From assembly GCA_020639095.1 (NCBI GenBank), contig JACKHH010000018.1, positions 3,429-67,428 on the forward strand: 64,000 nucleotides of DNA. Direction: 5' to 3'. The notes beneath the pieces are model-generated. The model did not search any database. It was given only the letters and a program-made list of their open reading frames with translations, and was not told the origin of the DNA. This DNA comes from Phycisphaerales bacterium (GTDB taxonomy: Bacteria; Planctomycetota; Phycisphaerae; UBA1845). Positions 9,228-17,766 of the stretch are shown here, one piece after another; the first letter of the stretch is position 1, and each line of letters starts with the position of its first letter. The translations under genes were made by a program, and so were the position numbers.

Positions 9228-9318
9228 CAAGCAAAGCTTGTCAGTGCCACCCACCTTGCGCGCGCAAACAAGACCAAAACGAATCCGTTCTTGGCGCCTT
9301 GGAGTCTTGGCGGTTCAA
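9221..9318 (+). repeat. family A element, copy A2 (right half only)
   Basis: CCACTGACAAGC-aaa-GCTTGTCAGTGCCACCC at 9221-9252, then cgcgcaaaca...ccgttcttggcgccttggagtcttggcggttcaa. Nearly identical to the right half of A3 (21427-21523). No left arm is present. Confidence 0.85.
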
Positions 9319-9343
9319 ACCTCTGACGTGATTCCCAATCAGC

Positions 9344-9379
9344 GATCTTCGATCTTTGATCCGTGATCTTCGATCCTCA
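9344..9379. repeat. short tandem motif (GATCTTCGATC-like)
   Basis: gatcttcgatctttgatccgtgatcttcgatcctca. Two near-identical GATCTTCGATC units immediately after A2. Confidence 0.6.
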
Positions 9380-9477
9380 ATGGGCGACCTCGAACCCCGA
9401 TGCGACCGGCGACGGTCTTGTTCGCGCCGGCCGCATCAGGGATGGTGTTGGATCGACCCCCCACGAGTCGTCTCCAC

Positions 9478-10065
9478 CTACGTGGTCATCGATGCCAGCC
9501 GTGCGTACGCGTCGGCATCGTCGTTTTCCAAACGTTCCCAATCACGACGCAGCATCCCGAAGAGCAGCACGTCGTGGTAATTCCCATTGCGGTAAAACGC
9601 CTGCCGCTGGCAGCCTTCCTGCACGAACCCAGCCCGGCGGTACGCACGCACGCCACGTTCGTTGTGCGAGAACACCGACAGCTCGATGCGGTTCAGGTTC
9701 ATTTCCTCGAACCCGTAGCGCACCGCGAGCTTGGTGGCTTCGGTGCCGAAACCAGCCCCCTGGCGCTTGCGATCGCCGATGAGCAGGCCGAAGGTCGCCC
9801 GGCGCGACTGGGCGCACGCCTGGTGCAGGCCGAAGCAGCCGATCAGCGCGTCGCCCTCCTGCGTGACGATGCCCAGGCTCACGTCGGTCGGCGATTTGTA
9901 GAGGCCTTCGACGTACTCGCGTTCGCGCAGACGGTTGATCGGGTTCGAGCGGCCCAGCGTGCTCCAGTTGTCCTCGTCGTTGAGCCATGTGACCAGCGCG
10001 TCAACGTCAGCCACTTCCAGCGGCCTGAAGTAGATGTTGTCCCCGCTGTAGTATTTCACGCTCAT
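9478..10065 (-). CDS. GNAT family N-acetyltransferase (RimJ/RimL-like)
   Basis: ATG 10065 (MSVKYY) inside ORF 9478..10095. Acetyl-CoA motif RKRQGAGFGTEA. Also NRIELSVFSHNERGVRAYRRAGF. Confidence 0.8.
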   Translation of the reverse strand: MSVKYYSGDNIYFRPLEVADVDALVTWLNDEDNWSTLGRSNPINRLREREYVEGLYKSPTDVSLGIVTQEGDALIGCFGLHQACAQSRRATFGLLIGDRKRQGAGFGTEATKLAVRYGFEEMNLNRIELSVFSHNERGVRAYRRAGFVQEGCQRQAFYRNGNYHDVLLFGMLRRDWERLENDDADAYARLASMTT

Positions 10066-10280
10066 GACTGCTCTCCGCCGCGTCCTCACGCGCAACTGCT
10101 TGCCATCCCAACCGTTATCAACCGTCCTGCGTTACCTACCGTCCAACTCTACCTGGTGCCCCGGGCAGTCTGCCGCGAGGCGAATTCCGAAAAGGCGCTT
10201 CCCTGCGCCGTATGCAGGCGTCTTAACCCTCAGCGTGAGTCGCCCGCGTGTAATCGTCCGTTCATTTCACTGTTATGCCA

Positions 10281-10316
10281 CAAAAAAACCCCGCGAATCG
10301 CTTGGCGTTCGCGGGG
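10281..10316 (-). terminator. rho-independent terminator (minus strand) upstream of the GNAT gene
   Basis: Stem CCCCGCGAA (10289-10297) / TTCGCGGGG (10308-10316). On the minus strand the hairpin is followed by TTTTTTTG (complement of 10281-10288). Confidence 0.7.
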
Positions 10317-10334
10317 TCGCAAAAAGCATAATTG

Positions 10335-10495
10335 GCTTGCAAACCCTACGAAGCGCCTCCCGGGTAAATCCACATGCCGAGATCGCGATTAAACTGACAA
10401 TCGCGCTGGCTGCGGACGAGACACGAGAGACCCGTGCCCGATACGCGCGCAATAGCACCGGCTGTGCTTTGCGACGACGAGCATGGTTTGCAAGC
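10335..10495 (-). ncRNA. candidate structured leader/sRNA (or 53-codon small ORF) ending at the 10281-10316 terminator
   Basis: 11-bp long-range pairing GCTTGCAAACC (10335-10345) with GGTTTGCAAGC (10485-10495). Internal hairpins include CGCGATT...AATCGCG. No family was recognised. An overlapping small ORF 10346..10507 has a GGAG upstream but visibly weaker third-position G/C bias than neighbouring genes. Confidence 0.25.
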
Positions 10496-10862
10496 ATAAC
10501 GGGTCATGGATATACCTTTCTCCACAGACAATGTATGCTACCCGATTGCCCAGTGGATGTCAAGGCAGGCAATACAAACGTTTGTCGGTAATCGTTGGGT
10601 GCGGCTGGAGGTGCCCCAGGCTGGTCAATGGTCGGGCGCAGGTATTGCCACCGCTCCAGCCAGCCAAGGCGGTCGTCGGTGTCACGGCGTGGCAGCCGTC
10701 ACCGCTGACTTGGCGGGATTGCTGTCGCGGGCTCAGACGTGGTAGACTCTTCGCCCCCCACCGGGCAAGGGGCAACAAAGGACAAACGCTCCCCAAGGGA
10801 TAGCGATCAACCGAATCACAATCGTAAGAAGTTAACAACACCACCAAAGGACAACACATCAC

Positions 10863-11909
10863 ATGGCAGCAGAAGAAACCACCGCCGTCGATCGTCGGCA
10901 GCACGCGGCTGCGCGTGCCAAAGCAATTGACACCTTCCTCGACGAGTTCGCTCCGGGCGAAAATCAAGACCTCGCCGCGGAAATGCTTGTAACCGTTTGC
11001 CGCTTGGTCCGTGACGGCTGTGGCCGTGGCGAAATGAAAGTGCTCAACCGCGCGCTCAAGGAGATGCGCTACGCGTTCAAGACGTTCGCGCCGTACGAAC
11101 ACGTGCCCAAGTGCACGATCTTCGGCAGCTCGCGCACGCGTGAGGATCATCCGCAGTACATCCAGTGCGTCGAGTTCGCGCGGAAGATTCAGGAGCAGGG
11201 TTGGATGGTGATCACGGGCGCGGGCGACGGCATCATGCGCGCCGGCCACCACGGCGCGACGCGCGAGAAGAGCTTCGGCGTTGCGATCAGCCTGCCCTTC
11301 GAGCAGGGCACCAACACAATCATCGAAGGCGATTCCAAGCTGGTGAAGTTCAAATACTTCTTCACCCGGAAGCTCATGTTCGTGAAGGAAGCGGAAGCCA
11401 TCGTGCTTTGCCCGGGCGGTTTCGGCACGCAGGACGAGGGCTTTGAGTCGCTCACGTTGGTGCAGACGGGCAAGAGTTCACCGATGCCGATCGTTCTGCT
11501 CGACGAGCCGAACGGTACCTATTGGCAGCACTGGCGCACCTACGTGCAGTCCGAACTGCTCCGTACCGGCATGATCAGCCCCGAGGATATGAACCTCTTC
11601 TACCTCACCGACGACGCAGGGGCAGCCGTTCGCGAAATCACGCACTACTATCGCCGCTACCATTCGTCGCGGTTCGTGCAGGACGATTTCGTGATCCGCA
11701 TGAAGTCGCCGCTGCCCGAAGCGTTTGTCGAGCAGCTTAACGAGGAGTACGAAGAACTGATGCACGGCGGAACGATCACGCAGGTGCAAGGCGCCCTGCC
11801 CGAGGAAGCCGGTGAATACGCCGACCTCCCGCGATTGGTTTTCGCCTACGACAAAAAGAGCGCCGGCAGACTCCGCCAGCTCATCAACGCGATCAATGAC
11901 CACGAGTAA
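10863..11909 (+). CDS. LOG family / PpnN-like nucleotide 5'-monophosphate nucleosidase (TIGR00730-type Rossmann fold)
   Basis: Motifs TIFGSSRT, ITGAGDGIMRAG, PGGFGTQDE. Also a C-terminal extension ITHYYRRYHSSRFV typical of the long PpnN-like forms. Confidence 0.8.
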   Translation: MAAEETTAVDRRQHAAARAKAIDTFLDEFAPGENQDLAAEMLVTVCRLVRDGCGRGEMKVLNRALKEMRYAFKTFAPYEHVPKCTIFGSSRTREDHPQYIQCVEFARKIQEQGWMVITGAGDGIMRAGHHGATREKSFGVAISLPFEQGTNTIIEGDSKLVKFKYFFTRKLMFVKEAEAIVLCPGGFGTQDEGFESLTLVQTGKSSPMPIVLLDEPNGTYWQHWRTYVQSELLRTGMISPEDMNLFYLTDDAGAAVREITHYYRRYHSSRFVQDDFVIRMKSPLPEAFVEQLNEEYEELMHGGTITQVQGALPEEAGEYADLPRLVFAYDKKSAGRLRQLINAINDHE

Positions 11910-12010
11910 AGAAATGGCTACGAGAACGGGGCGCGGCTCGTTTCCATGAACGAGTTGCGTCGCCTTTTTCGCTTCCTGCTACTTCGTGCACTCGACTGCG
12001 AACCTTGAGA

Positions 12011-12241
12011 AATGCCCCAACGGGGCATCGGCTCATAGCCCAGGGTTGCGCCGCAGGCGCTACCCTGGGGTTTGGACCGAATATCGCCACTTCGACGCTG
12101 AAGGCGTCGCGGCCCGCGCTGCTGACCACGTTGACTGCAATGGGCCGCAACCCCGTTGGGGTTGGCGGGATTGGTATTTGCCAACCCAGGGTAGCCACTG
12201 CGCGGCAACCCTGGGCTAGGGGCCGTGACGCCTTTGGCGTC
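12011..12241. repeat. family F: two ~100-bp units each made of three GC-rich hairpins
   Basis: Unit 1 (12011-12115): CCCCaacGGGG, CCCAGGGTTGCgccgcaggcGCTACCCTGGG, GACGCtgaagGCGTC. Unit 2 (12141-12241): CCCCgttGGGG, CCCAGGGTAGCcactgcgcgGCAACCCTGGG, GACGCctttgGCGTC. Confidence 0.8.
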
Positions 12242-12254
12242 AATTGGTGATCAT

Positions 12255-12330
12255 TTGCGATTTGCGGTTGCGTCATTCGCGATTTGCGTTTGTGTGGCTC
12301 GCGATTTGCGGCTGCGTGGCTCGCGATCGG
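12255..12330. repeat. ~22-bp tandem repeat, about 3.5 units
   Basis: ttgcgatttgcggttgcgtcat / tcgcgatttgcgtttgtgtggc / tcgcgatttgcggctgcgtggc / tcgcgatcggcgg. Confidence 0.75.
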
Positions 12331-12405
12331 CGGCGGTGTCGTCTTTGCCGGGGACATTTCCGCTGGATTGAGCATGCCCCAAAGCTGCGGCGACATCTAT
12401 ACGCT

Positions 12406-14355
12406 CTACCGGCTTCGCGTCAGCACCATGAACTGGTAGGGTTCCATGACCAGTTCAGCCGTTGCCGTGATGATCTGGCCTGCGTTCAGGTCGATGACCG
12501 TCTTGAGTAAACCCATCTGCCGGAGTCTGCGGGCGTCCAGGCGTTGTTCGTGCTCGGAAAAGCTGGCGAGTACCAGCACGCTGTGCTCGTCGTGATTCCG
12601 GAAATAACCGAAGACGTGTACGTTGCCGGTGTCGATGATCTGCGTTTCGGCACGCGTGAACGCGAGGTTCTGCTGCCGAAGCTGCGACAGCCGCAGGATG
12701 CCCTTATACACCCGGCCTGCAATCGTCTCCGGATCACGTCGCTCCTCGGCACGCTCCCAATCGAACGACGCGCGATGGACCCATCGGCTGTCGCCACGCT
12801 TGTCCGGGTCCTCCTCGTAGTCGTAGCGATTCAACATGGCGATCTCATCCCCCAAGTAAATCAGGGGGATGCCGCCAATGGTGAATAGAATGCCGTGCAG
12901 CAGGTGGATACGGCGAATGGCCAGCTCGACGTCGGCTTCGTTCTGCTCGTCGATGGCTTTCTCAAGTCCGCACAACGAAGCGCAGGTGCCTGAGACGCGC
13001 GCTTTGCCCGTGACTGGGTCTTCCTGAAACGGCAGGCCGCGTGCAAAACTGCCGCCGAATTTCCCGGTGTAAAACGCGGTCAAGAAGCGGCGGTGGGCAT
13101 CCGGATCGAAGCCAATGTGGGCGACATCCTCGTCGGCGAACGTCCAGCCAATATCGTCGTGGCAGCGTACGTAGTTGACCCAGGCGCAGTCCAGCGGAAT
13201 GGCGAAGCGATGCTGCATCGTGTTCTGCAATGCGCGCACGTCGCGCGTGGCCAGCGCGTCCCACAACATCGCCATCAACTGCGGATTGTACGAAAGCTCG
13301 CACTCGCTGCCGCTGATGTACTTGCGCACCTCGTCGGGATGCACGATGGCTTCCGACTTGAAGACCATTGCCGGCGCGGCGATACGGGCGGCTGCGCGAA
13401 ACGCCTGAATGAGCGTGTGCGCCTGCGGAAGATTCTGACAGGTCGTGCCCATCTCCTTCCAGAGGAACGCAACAGCGTCGAGCCGGAGCACCTCAACACC
13501 CTGGTTCGCGAGGAAGAGCATCTCCTCCAGCATGCGCGCAAAAACCACCGGGTTCTCGTAGTTCAGATCGCACTGGTAATTGTAGAACGTGGTCCACACC
13601 CACTTCTTCATCTGGCTGCGGTAGGTGAACGCACCGGGCCGGTCGTCGGGGAAGACTTCGATCATGCTCCGTTCGTAGGCGTCGGGGATCGTGCGGTCGG
13701 GGTAGATGCGATAGTAGTCCTGGAATTCCCCATCGCCCGCCCACGCCTTCTGCGCCCACTCGTGTTCGTCCGAGGTGTGGTTGCAGACGAAGTCGAGTAC
13801 GAGTGAGATGCCGCGGTTGCGCATTTCGCTTGCGAGTTCCGCGAGTTGCGGCATGGTCCCCAGCTTTTCGTTCACCTCGCGGTAGCTGCTGACCGCGTAG
13901 CCGCCGTCGCTGTCGCCTTGGGGAACCTTGAAGAGCGGCATCAGGTGGAGGTAGCGGATGTCGAGTTCGGTAAGGTAGGGCAGTTGCTCGCGCAGACCTT
14001 GCAGATCGCCCGCGAACAGGTCGACGTAGCACATGGCGCCGATCATGCGGTGCGACTGGTACCAGTCGGGATCGGCTTCGCGGAGCGCGTCGAGCGCTTT
14101 GAGCTCTCCAGGCCGGTCCATCCACATCTGCGCAACGGCGGTCAACACGCTCTCGAGGTGATAGAAGAAGTCGTACAACCTGCCGTACAGCGAGAACATG
14201 CGATCGAAGAGCACGGGGAAGTGTTCGCGGACGCGCGCGACGAAGTTGGCCCAGTCGACGTCATCGATCTGGCCGGCGAAGCGTGCTTCGATTCGCGGGA
14301 GCAGGCGTCGGAGGGTGGCATCGGCCTGTACTGCCGTTGCGGTCGGTTCGGGCAT
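12406..14355 (-). CDS. amylosucrase-type GH13 alpha-amylase family enzyme
   Basis: GH13 regions I-IV: LVLDFVCNHTS, VEVLRLDAVAFLWKEMG, FKSEAIVHP, YVRCHDDIGW. The N-terminal helical domain and ~650 aa length are typical of amylosucrase. GAGGAG precedes ATG 14355. Confidence 0.85.
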   Translation of the reverse strand: MPEPTATAVQADATLRRLLPRIEARFAGQIDDVDWANFVARVREHFPVLFDRMFSLYGRLYDFFYHLESVLTAVAQMWMDRPGELKALDALREADPDWYQSHRMIGAMCYVDLFAGDLQGLREQLPYLTELDIRYLHLMPLFKVPQGDSDGGYAVSSYREVNEKLGTMPQLAELASEMRNRGISLVLDFVCNHTSDEHEWAQKAWAGDGEFQDYYRIYPDRTIPDAYERSMIEVFPDDRPGAFTYRSQMKKWVWTTFYNYQCDLNYENPVVFARMLEEMLFLANQGVEVLRLDAVAFLWKEMGTTCQNLPQAHTLIQAFRAAARIAAPAMVFKSEAIVHPDEVRKYISGSECELSYNPQLMAMLWDALATRDVRALQNTMQHRFAIPLDCAWVNYVRCHDDIGWTFADEDVAHIGFDPDAHRRFLTAFYTGKFGGSFARGLPFQEDPVTGKARVSGTCASLCGLEKAIDEQNEADVELAIRRIHLLHGILFTIGGIPLIYLGDEIAMLNRYDYEEDPDKRGDSRWVHRASFDWERAEERRDPETIAGRVYKGILRLSQLRQQNLAFTRAETQIIDTGNVHVFGYFRNHDEHSVLVLASFSEHEQRLDARRLRQMGLLKTVIDLNAGQIITATAELVMEPYQFMVLTRSR

Positions 14356-14510
14356 CGTTACTCCTCGATCAGGGATATATCACGCAACCCGTGACACATT
14401 AAGCCCGATGTGCCTCGCCTGCCACCCGGAGTCAGAATTGGGCATAGGGCCAGGGTTCTGCACGCGCGATGCGAACCACATGCCTGATTTCGTGGCATGC
14501 ATGCAGGGCA

Positions 14511-14544
14511 CAAAAAAGCCCGGCGAGCATCACGCTCGCCGGGC
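14511..14544 (-). terminator. rho-independent terminator (minus strand) after gene 14581..15750
   Basis: Stem GCCCGGCGAGC (14518-14528) / GCTCGCCGGGC (14534-14544) with a 5-nt loop. On the minus strand it is followed by TTTTTTG. Confidence 0.8.
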
Positions 14545-14580
14545 TCGTTGCTTGTGCAGATTGTGGAACCGGTGGCCGCT

Positions 14581-15750
14581 TTATTGCGGGCCGGTGATTT
14601 GTGGCTCGATCGCGACGAAGTCGGAATTCGTGAACGCGCCGCTTGCGTCGACGTCGTAGCGGTAGCACCCATTCGTGGTCACGTCGTTGTTGAAACAACG
14701 CTGCATGGCGGCCATGTCGAACAGGTCGATGTCGTCGTCGTAGTCGATGTCAGCCACGGGCGTCGGCAGCGGTTCGAAGATGTCGATTTCCTTAATGACC
14801 GACGCGATGAAGGCCTTACGCGAACCGTCCAGGTCCTCCTCTTCCTGCATCGAGGACGTGCCGTTCGAGCAGGCGTCGCGGTACTCCGGCGACTCATTGT
14901 CGTAACCCTGCCAGGGATCCTGAAAAACTCCCGTGATGTTCGCGGCGCCGTAGAACACGATCCGCAGGTCCGTGCAGTCTTCGACGAGTATGTCGCTGTC
15001 GAAGTTGAGCACCTGCGTCAGCGAACCTTGCCAGATGTTGTCATTGAACATGCCGAACTCGCCGCTCTTCGCGCCGAGCACGACCGGGAAGAACTCCTCG
15101 TAGCCGACCAGGTTGGTCTCGATCGAGCCGTGAGCCGGGCAGATGCCGTCCAGGCAGTCACCCTGGCGAGCGTACACGTCGTAGTGCTGGAAGATGCGGC
15201 CATCGCGATTGTTGAAGTTGCCCGCGAACACGCGCAACTGGCCGATGTCGGTCGGGCTGCCAAAACCGTAACGCACGACGAGCGAGGCGCGGCCATAGTC
15301 GCGCAGCACGCTCTGGCAGGCGGTTCCGGGAATACCATCGCTGAGTTCTTCAATGCCACCCCCCGGGCAACTCGGCGGCAGGCCGACGTAGAAGCCGTCG
15401 CTCGGCAGCAGGTCGATGACATTCAGGCAACCCAGGTTGCCGCCGCTGCTGTCCATCAACCACGAGTTCACGTTGTTGATCAGGTCGATCACACCACTGG
15501 TGTACGGCGCGATGCTGCTCTCATTCAGCGCCTGGCCGACCGGGAATTCCGAGGGAATGTTGAAACCGTTGCTGTTGGCGGTGAAGCCATTGACGAAGTC
15601 GGTGGTGCTGATCGGTTCGGAAAGGTCGCCGAAGTTTTCGGCGAGTTCGTCCCAGACGAGAATCTCACCGGAAACCGCCCCTTGCACCGGTGTCGATATC
15701 GCCCAGCCGCATGCAGCGCACACGCAGAGCAGCTTGCTTAGTGTTTTCAT
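14581..15750 (-). CDS. secreted protein: unassigned shared domain plus C-terminal dockerin/EF-hand-like module
   Basis: Signal peptide MKTLSKLLCVCAACGWAISTPVQG. GAGGAGG precedes ATG 15750. The domain with LRVFAGNFNNRDGRIFQHYDV ... VIKEIDIF is shared with 17767..18534 and 21542..23785. C-terminus DIDYDDDIDLFDMAAMQRCF ... YDVDASGAFTNSDF. Confidence 0.7.
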   Translation of the reverse strand: MKTLSKLLCVCAACGWAISTPVQGAVSGEILVWDELAENFGDLSEPISTTDFVNGFTANSNGFNIPSEFPVGQALNESSIAPYTSGVIDLINNVNSWLMDSSGGNLGCLNVIDLLPSDGFYVGLPPSCPGGGIEELSDGIPGTACQSVLRDYGRASLVVRYGFGSPTDIGQLRVFAGNFNNRDGRIFQHYDVYARQGDCLDGICPAHGSIETNLVGYEEFFPVVLGAKSGEFGMFNDNIWQGSLTQVLNFDSDILVEDCTDLRIVFYGAANITGVFQDPWQGYDNESPEYRDACSNGTSSMQEEEDLDGSRKAFIASVIKEIDIFEPLPTPVADIDYDDDIDLFDMAAMQRCFNNDVTTNGCYRYDVDASGAFTNSDFVAIEPQITGPQ

Positions 15751-15857
15751 CGGACTTCTTTCCTCCTCAGGAACCCTGGTCGATTGTTGGAATCAGCGAA
15801 CGCTCGTACTCCGTCTCTCGCCTGATCTTGCGGACAACCACCACCCCCGAAACGGCG

Positions 15858-15883
15858 ACAGCCGCAACAAGCGTTGCGGCTGT
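15858..15883 (-). terminator. possible terminator hairpin after the prepilin-like gene
   Basis: Stem ACAGCCGCAAC / GTTGCGGCTGT with a 4-nt loop. Only a weak T-run (CGCCGTTTCGG) follows on the minus strand. Confidence 0.4.
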
Positions 15884-15892
15884 TGGCCCCAC

Positions 15893-16804
15893 TTACCACC
15901 AATAGAGGTCGTTACCGAACGAGGTCGTTGCATTCAGTTTCAGGTTGATCGAAGCGGCTGTTCCGCTTCCGTTGAATACGTCCAGCAACTCGCGGTAATA
16001 GGTTGGTTTCTTCAATTCCACCGCGCCGTCGCCATACAGGACGTTGGCGCTGTCGACTCGCGGTTTCTTTGAGGAAGGTGTGGCGACGGAAGTCTGCCAC
16101 CCTTCGCCGTGATTAACACGCCACTTTCCGCCCCCGCCCCAGTACATGACCATGTCCGCCATCAGGACCTTTCCGCTGCCGGAGTCCTTCTCAACAATGT
16201 TGTCGCGCTTGGCACGAATGTGGTCCTTCATGTCCTGCGTGGCGGAGAGCGCGTAGTTCATCTTCTTCTGTGGATTGTTGGCGACTTCATGGAATCCGCC
16301 GACATAGAAGTACGCGGACTGAATGTAGACGTCTTCGCTGACCTGTGCGCCGATGCCGGTGTAGTCGCCATTGGGATAATTCCCAGAGAGGATCTCCGCC
16401 TCCTGGCCGATCTGTTCGGGCTGGGCGAACGGGCAGAAGAACACCGGGGGAACACGCGTGCGTTCCGTGCGGTCGGCGTTGTAGTCGAGTCCACCGATGT
16501 GTTCCGCGATCGCCGAGATTACTGAGTAGGTCATAACGCCGGCAGCGCTGCGGTCCTTTCGAACGATAGGGTCATTCGAAGTGCCAAACGTATTCTGTGG
16601 AGGAACGCGATAATACTCCGCGGCGTAACTCGACAATGACAAGCCGATGTCGTGCATCTGCGCCGCGTCCTTGACGAGTTTCGCCTGTAGGCGTGCCTTC
16701 TTGAGCGACGGCAGAAGAATCGCGATGAGCAGCGCGATGATCGAAATCACCACGAGCAACTCAACGAGTGTGAAAGCACGATTGCGACGTTGGATGGTTT
16801 GCAT
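15893..16804 (-). CDS. prepilin-type N-terminal cleavage/methylation domain protein (DUF1559-like pseudopilin)
   Basis: N-terminus RRNRAFTLVELLVVISIIALLIAILLPSL. C-terminal NVLYGDGAV resembles the H-X9-DG-type tail common in Planctomycetota. Confidence 0.85.
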   Translation of the reverse strand: MQTIQRRNRAFTLVELLVVISIIALLIAILLPSLKKARLQAKLVKDAAQMHDIGLSLSSYAAEYYRVPPQNTFGTSNDPIVRKDRSAAGVMTYSVISAIAEHIGGLDYNADRTERTRVPPVFFCPFAQPEQIGQEAEILSGNYPNGDYTGIGAQVSEDVYIQSAYFYVGGFHEVANNPQKKMNYALSATQDMKDHIRAKRDNIVEKDSGSGKVLMADMVMYWGGGGKWRVNHGEGWQTSVATPSSKKPRVDSANVLYGDGAVELKKPTYYRELLDVFNGSGTAASINLKLNATTSFGNDLYWW

Positions 16805-17766
16805 GTCCGACCCTCGTAAATCCCTTTCGGGTAATACAGAAATACTGGGTACTTGCGGCGGCGCGATGACGGGCGGTCAACCTGAATTGGCACGCGGGTA
16901 CGTCACCGTGCAACTCTCACCTTATTATAGCCGGAAAAGCACCTGTTTCAATGAATCTATCGTCCGTAAACCACGTTGGCGCATAGGATTAGCCGAATAC
17001 TTTTGAGTGATTTCCACCATTTGAATCGCGTTTGTTCCGCGTTGCACCGGACCTCTCAGTCGCCCTTGCGGGTCGCCGGTGCGTCGGCGACAAGCACGCG
17101 ACGGGCACGCACGGTTCGGGGGGCAGCGGGTGCCGGAGGGCTGCGTCCGCCTCAACCTGTCAGCGCGCCCGCCCGATAAGGTTCGCGGCGAATCGTAGCT
17201 GACACGTTTCTATCGGATCGGTTGCGGGCCCTAGCGTTCACTAAAGTGTGGCTGGCGCAGTCTGGAGTTGTGCGCTGCGCCGTTCCGCGCGCGCACGCGC
17301 ACGTTTGATCGAAACCATTGCTATTGCGGACGCGGAGCGACCATCACGAGACGAATTCCCGGCGTATCTCGCCGGTTCCGTCGCCGGGCGTTGATGGGAG
17401 ACATCTTCCATCGGCGAGAGGTGTGCAGGTTGTTTCACATCGGGTGCTGAACGGACGTTCGTGCCATCGTTCACAACTGCGCGGCACGACCGGAAAAATG
17501 CTCATGATCGGGATAGTACTTAGCTTCCAAATTCAAATTGTGACGCGTTGTGTTCACGCACTTCATTCGTTTGATTCAGTTGATATCGCACTTGCGCCTC
17601 CGCTAAAATGCAATGCAGTAAAGCGGGAAAACGTAACCAACTGGTCATCGCACTCTCTCCGTATCGCGATGAATCGACATTGGGTTTTCCCACTTGGGCA
17701 ATCTCTCGGATGGCCGGGACATTGAAAACTCGGTTAGACTCGTGCATATCTAAGGAGGTATGGAAG

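Noticed and set aside
9311-9320. T-loop-like GGTTCAAACC in the family A arms (also 21517-21526), which looked like possible tRNA fragments.
   Set aside because: No acceptor, D or anticodon arms can be drawn around them, and the motif is part of the conserved inverted arm. No tRNA was found anywhere in the window.
10320-10760. Possible tmRNA, SRP RNA, RNase P RNA or 6S RNA in the long GNAT-LOG gap. The string CAGCCAAGG and a CCAGG...GGTC run vaguely recall 4.5S RNA.
   Set aside because: There is no GGTTCGA-type T-arm or ...CCA end and no plausible tag reading frame ending in ALAA-like residues for tmRNA. There is no GGAAGCAGC helix-8 core for SRP RNA and no GAGGAAAGTCC for RNase P RNA. Only a generic structured-RNA candidate is retained.
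17723-17750. Sigma-70-like promoter (TTGAAA ... CATATC) in front of the PEP-CTERM gene.
   Set aside because: The -10 match is poor and promoter consensus for this lineage is not established. It cannot be supported from sequence alone.
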